The notes below the pieces were generated by a model. It did not search any database, was not told where the DNA came from, and saw only the letters and a list, made by a program, of their open reading frames with translations. This document shows, piece by piece, positions 27,522-36,100 of a DNA stretch of 64,000 nucleotides. Both the position numbers and the translations under genes were made by a program. This stretch comes from an uncultured Mycoplasmatota bacterium (GTDB taxonomy: Bacteria; Bacillota_I; Bacilli_A; RF39; UBA660). The first letter of the stretch is position 1. The number at the start of each line of letters is the position of its first letter. The stretch spans positions 2,161 through 66,160 of the forward strand of contig CAMKNB010000003.1 in NCBI GenBank assembly GCA_946414095.1, written 5' to 3'.

Positions 27522-28208
27522 ATGAGTATAGTTGATACAATTAAAAAATCAGTTTTGGATAATTTTACAGGAACTGTTTCTGTAGGAAGTATGTTACTTT
27601 CATTATTAGTAGCATTCTTAGTTGGAATATTTATTATTTATGTTTATAGAAAGACATATACTGGAGTTGTTTACTCTAAAGCATTTGCATTATGTATATT
27701 AATGCTTTCTATGGTTACTGCGATGATAATTAGAACAATTAGTTCTAATATCAGTCTTTCTTTAGGTATGGTTGGTGCTTTATCTATCGTAAGATTTAGA
27801 ACAGCAGTTAAAGAACCTGTTGATACAGGATTTATGTTTTGGGGTATATCTGCAGGTATCATGGCAGGAGCTGGATTATATTTAATAGCTTTAATTGCTT
27901 CTTTGGGAATTGGTATTTTATATTTTGTAACATATTTAATGGGATTTAAAGTAGCTAATAGATATTTGCTTGTATTAAAGTATGATGCTTCTGCACATAA
28001 TGATGTTGTTAGAAAATTAAAAACTCTTAAGAAATTTAAAATTAGAAGTAAATCAATATTTGGTAGTCAAATTGAACTTTCTTTAGAAGTTGACTTAAGG
28101 GAAAATAGCAGAGGAAGTATTGATACAAGTATTGTTGATGGATTTAGTTCAATGGATGGAGTAGTTAATGCTAGTTTAATAGCATATCAAAATGATTTTG
28201 GAGATTAG
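27522..28208 (+). CDS. DUF4956-like polytopic membrane protein
   Basis: 228 aa with 4-5 TM helices, the conserved-looking GALSIVRFRTAVKEPVDTGF segment and a ~90-aa soluble C-terminal domain. It starts 10 nt after the VTC gene. Confidence 0.55.
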   Translation: MSIVDTIKKSVLDNFTGTVSVGSMLLSLLVAFLVGIFIIYVYRKTYTGVVYSKAFALCILMLSMVTAMIIRTISSNISLSLGMVGALSIVRFRTAVKEPVDTGFMFWGISAGIMAGAGLYLIALIASLGIGILYFVTYLMGFKVANRYLLVLKYDASAHNDVVRKLKTLKKFKIRSKSIFGSQIELSLEVDLRENSRGSIDTSIVDGFSSMDGVVNASLIAYQNDFGD

Positions 28209-28219
28209 GAGTATAATAT

Positions 28220-29602
28220 ATGGCCACAAGAAAAGTTCTTAAAATAACACCTGTTTTAGTAGCACTAAATATTTTAGTGTTACTTATTATTGTGGTTTTT
28301 TATACTGCAAGATTAATAAAGTATTATAAATTAGAAAATGGACATAAGAAAGAAGATACAACTATATTAGTAGATGAAATTAAAAAGCATCAGAGTATGC
28401 TTGATGAAACTAAAGGACTTGTGTTTGATGAAGAAACAAAAGTATATACATATAAGGGAAATGTAAGTGATAATTACTTAATGTACTCTGGTATGATGTT
28501 TAGAATAGTTTCTATTGATAAAAATGAAAATATTAAGTTAGTTAGTGAAGACAATGTTACTTTAATATATCCAGGATTTACTAATGGATATGAAAAATCA
28601 TATGTTAATAAATGGTTAAATAGTAGTGAAGAAAAATATAGCGGTATTTATGAGAATACTCTTGTAAATGCTGGAGGTGTCTTAGATAAAACTGAATATT
28701 GTGAAGATGTAATTGATGATTTATCTAAAATTGAATGTAATAATTCTACAGATAAATATAAAATAACATTATTATCATTATATGATTATAAAATTGCTGG
28801 TGGTAAAGCTAGTTATTTAAATAATGATACTTCTTTCAACTTAGGTTCATTAAATAGTATGAATGCTAATTATTATGTAACTGAAGATGGAGAAATAAGT
28901 TTAAATCAAAAATCTAGTAGAGCAATTAGTATTAGACCAGTTATTACTATAAATTCTGGTACTGAACTTGTAAGTGGTACTGGTAAAAAGAATGATCCAT
29001 ATATTATTGAAAAACATGATGTTGATACTTTAGGAGATACATATATAAATAGTATCGTTAAAATTGATGGTAATACATATAAAGTAATTGAAATAGGTGA
29101 AGATAAAGTTAAATTAGCAGGTACTAGTGTATTAAAAGATGGCGAAGATAATTTATTAATTGCTTTTTCTAATAAAATTAGTGCATATCAAGATAATACA
29201 ATTGTAGGGAAGTATTTAAATACTACTTTCTTAAATTCTTTAAGCGTTAAAGATAGTGTAGTATCAAGTGATTGGTATAATGGTACTTTAACTCTTGCTG
29301 ATTTAGATTATTCAAGTATTAGAAATTCTAAATCAACTGCTAAAGTGGGTATGCTTACTATTGGAGACATGTATATTAATGATGTTAGCAATGTGTTTAC
29401 TACTCTTAGGGGTGTTGAAGCAAGTAATATAATTAATGTTATTAATGAGAGTGGAAATTTATTTGCAGATCAAATTTCTTCTAAATATAATGTTAGAGCT
29501 GCATTTTATTTAAAATCTGACTTAGAAATAAAGAGTGGTTCTGGAACTATGGATAGTCCATATGAGTTAGGAGTAAATGATGAAAAAGAAAAAGAAGAGT
29601 AA
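28220..29602 (+). CDS. Membrane-anchored extracytoplasmic protein with two repeated modules
   Basis: 460 aa with an N-terminal TM (ITPVLVALNILVLLIIVVFY). Two modules each end in a ...(I/V)R(P/A)(V/A)... G(T/S)G...(D/S)PY(I/E)(I/L) pattern (SIRPVITINSGTELVSGTGKKNDPYIIE and VRAAFYLKSDLEIKSGSGTMDSPYEL). Confidence 0.5.
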   Translation: MATRKVLKITPVLVALNILVLLIIVVFYTARLIKYYKLENGHKKEDTTILVDEIKKHQSMLDETKGLVFDEETKVYTYKGNVSDNYLMYSGMMFRIVSIDKNENIKLVSEDNVTLIYPGFTNGYEKSYVNKWLNSSEEKYSGIYENTLVNAGGVLDKTEYCEDVIDDLSKIECNNSTDKYKITLLSLYDYKIAGGKASYLNNDTSFNLGSLNSMNANYYVTEDGEISLNQKSSRAISIRPVITINSGTELVSGTGKKNDPYIIEKHDVDTLGDTYINSIVKIDGNTYKVIEIGEDKVKLAGTSVLKDGEDNLLIAFSNKISAYQDNTIVGKYLNTTFLNSLSVKDSVVSSDWYNGTLTLADLDYSSIRNSKSTAKVGMLTIGDMYINDVSNVFTTLRGVEASNIINVINESGNLFADQISSKYNVRAAFYLKSDLEIKSGSGTMDSPYELGVNDEKEKEE

Positions 29603-30656
29603 GTTAAGTATATTTTTAATAACTATTGATGTTATTGCATTGATATGTTTCTTTTTAGCATATGGGCCAATATCTTATTTTAGAGATTTGCTTGTTACAA
29701 CTGCGATGACAACTATGAATCATAGATATTTTGCATATGTATTATATAGTGAAGATCAAGTTAAGGAAATACTTGATAATAATAAATTAATTGAACCAGA
29801 AGAAGATACAAATTCTTCTGAGATAACTTTTAATCCTAATTTTAATGCTGATAGTTATGAATCTGTTTATGAAGAACAAATTCTCAAAAAAGATGAGGGT
29901 AATGATGTTTATAAGATTGTGAATATTAAAGGTGATAAATGGAAAGGATATATGGTTGTTATATATGATCCTTCTGATATACAATTAGTATTTGCATCTA
30001 ATTATGGTAAGGGTGGAAAGTATTTGTCAGATATGGCAAAAGAAAATAAAGCTTTAGTAGCAATGAATGCATCTGGTGTTAAAACATCTGTAGGTAAGAA
30101 TCCAGTAACTGGAACAGCAATATTAAACGGTAAAATATATGATACTGGTAAAAAAATTAATAAAGGTGGAGGCCTTATTGGATTTACTAAAAATAATGTA
30201 CTAATGCTTACTAAGAAGAGTGGAAAAGAAGCAATTAAAGATGGTATGGATAGAGCTGTTGAGTTTGGACCATTTCTAATAGTTAATGGTAAACCTGCTA
30301 CATTTAAAGGTAATGGTGGTTGGGGAATTGCTAATAGAACAGCTATAGCACAAAGACAAGATGGAATTGTATTATTTGTTGTTATTGATGGTAGACAAGC
30401 TGGATCTATTGGTATATCAATGCCTGATTTAGTAAAATTATTTCAAAAGTATGGAGCCTACAATGCTGCTAACTTAGATGGTGGTGGTTCTAGCGCATTA
30501 TATGCAAGAAAAACACTTACAGCTAAAAGTGGATCTTTACTTAATAATCCAGTAGGTTATGGATATTCTGGTGAAAGAAGACTTCCAAATGCATGGATGG
30601 TTCTTCCAAGTGCAATTGAAAAGCATAATAAAACAAGTGAGGGTGAAGGTGAATAA
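29577..30656 (+). CDS. Membrane-anchored phosphodiester glycosidase family protein (NAGPA-like, DUF2233)
   Basis: N-terminal TM followed by NRTAIAQRQDGIVLFVVIDGRQAGSIGISMPDLVKLFQKYGAYNAANLDGGGSSALY, a hallmark DGR...NLDGGGS block. The start is at 29577 or 29580. It overlaps the upstream gene. Confidence 0.7.
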   Translation: MMKKKKKSKLSIFLITIDVIALICFFLAYGPISYFRDLLVTTAMTTMNHRYFAYVLYSEDQVKEILDNNKLIEPEEDTNSSEITFNPNFNADSYESVYEEQILKKDEGNDVYKIVNIKGDKWKGYMVVIYDPSDIQLVFASNYGKGGKYLSDMAKENKALVAMNASGVKTSVGKNPVTGTAILNGKIYDTGKKINKGGGLIGFTKNNVLMLTKKSGKEAIKDGMDRAVEFGPFLIVNGKPATFKGNGGWGIANRTAIAQRQDGIVLFVVIDGRQAGSIGISMPDLVKLFQKYGAYNAANLDGGGSSALYARKTLTAKSGSLLNNPVGYGYSGERRLPNAWMVLPSAIEKHNKTSEGEGE

Positions 30657-30657
30657 T

Positions 30658-31215
30658 ATGGAAACAAAAGATACAAAAGCAAGAGTATATTTAGTCTGTG
30701 GAAAAGCTAGACATGGTAAAGATACATTTTCTGCATATTTAAAAAATGCTTATGAAGAAAATGGTAAGAAATTAATAATAACTCAATTATCAAAATACAT
30801 TAAATATTATGCTCGTGAAATGACTGGTTGGAATTTGACCGAAGAAGATAAACCAAGAGAATTATTGCAACAACTTGGTACTAGTGTAATTCGTGAGAAG
30901 TTAGGAAAAGAAGACTTATTTATTAATAGAGTTATTGATGATATAGATGTTTTCTCATGCTTTTATGACGCAGTTATTATTAGTGATGCTAGACTTAAAA
31001 AAGAAGTTGAAGATTTAAGAAAAGCTATACCTAATATTGTAGTAGTTCATATTAATAGACCTGATTTTGATAATGGTCTTACTCCCGAACAAAAGATGCA
31101 TAAAACTGAAATTGATTTAGATGATTATGATAAATTTGACGAAGAGATTGTAAATACTACATTAGAGAAACTAGAAGAAGATGCTAAAAAAATATACACA
31201 AAATATGAAGGTTAG
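30658..31215 (+). CDS. P-loop protein resembling deoxynucleotide monophosphate kinase
   Basis: 185 aa. It has VCGKARHGKDT (a GxxxxGKD P-loop as in the T4 gp1-type dNMP kinase family) and ISDARLKKEVEDLRK (compare DxRFxNE). The ATG at 30658 follows GAAGGTGA. The track ORF from 30559 overlaps the previous gene. Confidence 0.45.
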   Translation: METKDTKARVYLVCGKARHGKDTFSAYLKNAYEENGKKLIITQLSKYIKYYAREMTGWNLTEEDKPRELLQQLGTSVIREKLGKEDLFINRVIDDIDVFSCFYDAVIISDARLKKEVEDLRKAIPNIVVVHINRPDFDNGLTPEQKMHKTEIDLDDYDKFDEEIVNTTLEKLEEDAKKIYTKYEG

Positions 31216-31224
31216 GTGTAATAA

Positions 31225-32364
31225 ATGAAAATAATTACTGATGCTGATGTAAAAGGGAAGAAAGTACTAGTTAGGGTTGACTATAATGTTCCAAGAAAAG
31301 ATGGACATATTATTGATGATACAAGAATAGTTGGTAGCCTTAGAACTGTTAATTATTTAGTTGAAAATGGAGCTAAAGTAATTTTAATGTCTCACTTAGG
31401 TAGAGTTAAGAGTGAGGAAGATAAGAAAGAAAATTCACTTAAAATAGTAGCTGAGCATTTGAGTTCTTTAGTTAAATGCCCTGTATATTTTTCAAGTGAA
31501 ACAAGAGGAGAATTACTTGAAACAACCATAAACAATTTATTAGATGGTGAAATTTTATTAATGGAAAATACTAGATTTGAAGATTTTCCTACTACACTTG
31601 AGAGTTCTTGTGATGAGGCTTTATCAAAATATTGGGCTAGTCTTGCTGATATTTATGTTCTTGATGCTTTTGGTAGTGCTCATAGATGTCATGCATCAAC
31701 TTATGGAATATCTAAATATATTCCTTCTTATGCTGGCTTCCTTGTTGAAGATGAAACAAAGATGTTAGATAAGTCTATGAAAGAAAATAAAACACTAGTT
31801 TTAGGAGGAGCTAAAGTAGATGATAAGATTGGTGTAATTAATAATCTTCTTCCAACCTCTAATAAAGTTTTAATTGGAGGAGCTATGTGTTTTACTTTCT
31901 TAAAAGTAAAAGGGTTTAATGTAGGGAAAAGCCTAGTTAGTGAAGAGAATATTGAATACGTTAAAGATTTATTAGAAAAAAATAGTGATAAGATAATTTT
32001 ACCAGTTGATTTTATAACTCAAAATGGCGTTAAAGATATTGATAAATTTAGTAATGATGATATAGGATTTGATATTGGTCCTAAAACAATAAAACTATTT
32101 AAAAGTGAACTTAAAAATAGTAATTTAGTGTTATGGAATGGACCACTTGGTAAATATGAAGAAAAAGAGTATGAAAATGGTACTTTAGAAATAATGAAAT
32201 ATTTAGAAAAAGAGAAATTTCCTACTATTTTAGCAGGAGGAGATGTGACTGGAGCTGCAGGACATTTTGGAATAAAAATGTATTATGTATCTACTGGTGG
32301 AGGATCTACTCTTGAATATCTTGAAGGTAAAAAGTTTAAAACATTAGAAAGATTAAATGGTTAA
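31225..32364 (+). CDS. pgk: Phosphoglycerate kinase
   Basis: RVDYNVP, SHLGR, ENTRF, FGSAHRCHAS, GGAKVDDKI, WNGPLG and STGGGSTLEYLEGK are all present. Confidence 0.95.
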   Translation: MKIITDADVKGKKVLVRVDYNVPRKDGHIIDDTRIVGSLRTVNYLVENGAKVILMSHLGRVKSEEDKKENSLKIVAEHLSSLVKCPVYFSSETRGELLETTINNLLDGEILLMENTRFEDFPTTLESSCDEALSKYWASLADIYVLDAFGSAHRCHASTYGISKYIPSYAGFLVEDETKMLDKSMKENKTLVLGGAKVDDKIGVINNLLPTSNKVLIGGAMCFTFLKVKGFNVGKSLVSEENIEYVKDLLEKNSDKIILPVDFITQNGVKDIDKFSNDDIGFDIGPKTIKLFKSELKNSNLVLWNGPLGKYEEKEYENGTLEIMKYLEKEKFPTILAGGDVTGAAGHFGIKMYYVSTGGGSTLEYLEGKKFKTLERLNG

Positions 32365-32365
32365 T

Positions 32366-33064
32366 ATGAAAAAAATAATTTTAAATCAAAAAAGTTATTT
32401 AATGTATGATGAAATGGTAAGTTTTAAAAAAGAATTTGAGAAGATTAAGCATCCATCATATGAATTTATTTTATTTCCTCCAGTGCATTATTTATCGTTA
32501 TTTAAAGATAGTGATTATAAAGTTGGAACTCAAAACTTTTATACATATAAGGCAGGCTCTTTTACTGGTGAAATAAACCTTGAATCTTTAAAAGATATGG
32601 GGATTAATTATACTTTAGTAGGTCATTATGAAAGAAGAAAATTCATGGAAGAAACATATGAAAGTGCTAAAGAAAAGTTATTTAAGTCTTTGAGTAGTAA
32701 ATGTAATACAATATTATGCGTTGGTGAAGAAAGAAAAACAATAAGACCATTTAGTCATATTAAAAAAGAAATTAATTATTATTTAAAGAGTATTGAGTCA
32801 TCGACATATAAATATCTTAGCATTGCATATATTCCTAGTTGGGCAGTAGGTACTGGAGACAAAGACATAAATAAAGTATCTGAAATAATTACTAATATTA
32901 AGAATTATATGTTATCTAAATATAAAATTGATGTAGAGGTATATTATGGTGGAAATATAGAGAATAGCAATATTAAAGAATTATTTGATATATGTGATGG
33001 GTTAGTACTTGATAAAGATAGTACAAATATTAAAATACTAAAAGAATTATTAAAGGAAATATAA
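32366..33064 (+). CDS. Triosephosphate isomerase homologue lacking the canonical catalytic Glu and GG phosphate loop
   Basis: It sits in the tpiA position 1 nt after pgk. It keeps N..K (ILNQKSY), FTGE, VGHYERR, PSWAVGTG and YYGGN. It reads IAYIPSW where TIMs have AYEPxW, and GLVLDKDST where TIMs have G(A/V)LVGGASL. Confidence 0.7.
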   Translation: MKKIILNQKSYLMYDEMVSFKKEFEKIKHPSYEFILFPPVHYLSLFKDSDYKVGTQNFYTYKAGSFTGEINLESLKDMGINYTLVGHYERRKFMEETYESAKEKLFKSLSSKCNTILCVGEERKTIRPFSHIKKEINYYLKSIESSTYKYLSIAYIPSWAVGTGDKDINKVSEIITNIKNYMLSKYKIDVEVYYGGNIENSNIKELFDICDGLVLDKDSTNIKILKELLKEI

Positions 33065-33122
33065 TTCTTTTTTAATTAGCTAATAAATGATATAATATAG
33101 TTAATAATTGGAGGTTTTTTGT

Positions 33123-36100
33123 ATGAACGAAAAATTTAGAGTGTTTAAATATCTTTTAATATTAGTATTATTTTTATTCAATGTAAATTATGTTTTTTCA
33201 TTAGAGAAAGAAACAATTATTGAAGATAAGACTAAAGAAAAAACAATTAAAAATGATTTAGAAGGTGAATCTATTAATAGTGTTGAATCAACTAATGAAA
33301 CAAATTCAAGCGAAACAATACTTGTTTCTAGTATAGAAGTGGCAAGTGAAGTTGATGAAATATTTGATACTGAAACATTACAAATGAGTGCCACTGTTTA
33401 TCCTGATGATGCTACAAATAAAGATATTCTATGGTCTGTAGTAGATGGTACTGGAAGTGCAACTATTTCAGATAGTGGATTATTAACTCCAACTAAACCA
33501 GGTACTGTAACAGTAAGGGCAATAGCAACTGATGATAGTGGCTGTTATGGAAGTAAAATAATAACAATAAAACAAACATATGTTGAGAGTATTATTATTG
33601 CTGGAAACAACAGTGTACAAAGAACTAAGACAATACAATTTTCCACATCAATTAGTCCAACAAACGCATATAATAAAGGAATATCTTGGACAGTTACTAA
33701 TGGAACAGGAGAAGCTACAATTTCATCAAGTGGTGAACTAACAGCAATAAAAAATGGAACAGTAACAGTAAGGGCAACTGCAAAAGATAGAATGGAAGTT
33801 TATGATGAAAAAGAAATAACTATTACACCATTATTAGTCACTAATGTAAGTATAAGTGGAAGTGATAGATTAAATGTTGGTGATAAAGAATACTATGTTT
33901 CAACAATTACTCCAAGTGATGCAGATGATAAAACAATTACATGGAGTATTACAAGTGGAAGTGAATATGCCAGTGTAAATGAAAATGGATTATTAACAGC
34001 AATATCCGAAGGAACAATTACTTTAAAAGCAACAAGTAGCAATGGAAAAAGTGCACAAAAAACGATTACTATTGTTGGAGAAAATAAACCTACAAAAGTT
34101 ATTTTAACATCAGACAGTTACTTTCTTTCATACTCTTATAATAATACTCCAACTACTAAAATAAGAGCGAAATTGTATCCATCTAACGCAACGATAAAAT
34201 CTATTACATGGAGTACTAGTAACAGCAAGAGTCATATATATCCTGAAGATAATTTCGTAGCGTCTTTGAATTATACAACTTATGATGTATCAACAACAAC
34301 AGTAACTGCTACAGTTACAACAGAAACTGGTGAAACATTAACAGGAACTATAAAAATTAATCTTGGAAGTAGTTTATATGGCTATACTTATGAAGCACAT
34401 GTTAATTCATTGCAACCAACTGATTCTGAAAAAATATTAGAAATTGGTGATATAGGTAAGTTTAATGTTACTTATTCTCCTACTGATGCACCATCAAGTG
34501 ATATTATTTATAACATTTCAGATAGTAGTGTTGCACATATAGATGAAAATGGAAAAATATATGCTAAGGGGATTGGATATGCAACATTATATGCATATTC
34601 AAAATATAATAATAAAACTATAAGTATACCAATTAGTGTCGTTGAAGATAAAACTGAGCCACTTAAAGTTGTAAAAGTTGAAATAAATGGAAAAGATAAA
34701 GTTGAAAGAGGTACTACAGCACAATATAGTGTAAATATCTATCCTGTAAATGCAGCAAATAAAAATGTAACTTGGGAAGTAAAAAAACTTCAAGGTGATG
34801 CATCAGGAGAAGCAACAATAGATGAAAATGGATTATTAACTGCAATATCTGATGGACAAGTTATAGTAAAAGCAACTACTCAAGATGGAAGTAATATAAC
34901 AGTTTCAAAAGTTGTTACTATATCAAGAACTTATGTAGAGGGTATTACAATAAATGGCGAAGATACTGTTGAAAGAACAAAACAGTTACAACTAAGTACT
35001 ACTATTACTCCAAATAATGCATTTATTAAAAAAGTAAATTGGTCAGTTATTAATGGAACAGGAGAAGCAACAATAGATGAAAATGGAATTTTAACAGGAG
35101 TTAAAGAAGGAACTGTTACTGTTAGAGTAGAAAGTACTGATGAAAGTGGAGTATTTGCTGAAAAAGAAATAACAGTAACGCCTATATATGTAAAAGGAAT
35201 AAATATAGAAGGTGAATCATTTGTTGTTAAAGGTAAAAAGTATTATTTTGAATATAATATTATAAATGATGATGCTGATAACAATTCAATAGAGTGGATA
35301 GTTGAAAATGGAACAGGAGAAGCAACAATAGATGAAAACGGAGTATTTATACCTGTCTCTGTAGGTGAAGTTACTGTAAAAATTAAAGCTTTGGATAGTG
35401 GAAAAATATTTGACAGTATGAAAGTTACAATAAATAAGAGTGGAAGCTTAGAAAAAATAGCTATTATAGCTCCTAAGTATAATATATCAACAAATAGTAG
35501 TGTGAAACTAACTGCTATATTAATTCCATCAAATGTTGAAGAAAATTCTGTTGTATGGAGTGTGAATGATACAAATTATGCTACTATATCAACTGATGGG
35601 ACTTTAACTTCTAAAGGTATTACTGGAGTTGTTACAGTAAGAGCTACTGCTAAAGATGGAAGTGGAGTTTATGGAGAAATAAAACTATATATTTCTTCAG
35701 TTAATATAAATGTTGGAAAAAAATATACAGATGAAGTTTATGTTAATTATTTATCATCTGCTTATTTGACATCAACTAATTCAAATGTTGTATCTACTTC
35801 GTTAGGATGGTCATGGACGTCAAGTTCATATGGCACTCTTTATAGTTATAATGTAGAAATAACTGGTATTAGTGCTGGTAACGCAACAGTTTATTTAAGA
35901 AGTGGAAATGGAACTATACTAAAAGAATATTATGTAAGTGTTAGTGGTACTAATGGTGTTATGTTTAGTGATAAGTACTCATTAAATCTTGGATTAAATG
36001 AAACAGATAAAATTAATATATCATTTACTGGATCTAGTTATAAATATTATTTTGTTAGTTCTGATGAAAATGTTGTCAGTGTTGACTCAAGAGGTAATGT

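Noticed and set aside
19389-31224. Possible genomic island or mobile element inserted between gap and pgk, and a second one at 33065-39959.
   Set aside because: No integrase, transposase, recombinase, tRNA target, flanking direct repeats or phage genes are visible, and all genes are co-oriented with the core genes. I report it only as a synteny break, not as a mobile element.
31577-31768. 63-aa + strand ORF in an alternative frame of pgk, and a 74-aa ORF at 52496-52720 in an alternative frame of rplO.
   Set aside because: They are embedded in genes with canonical motifs in the main frame and have no SD or conservation signal.
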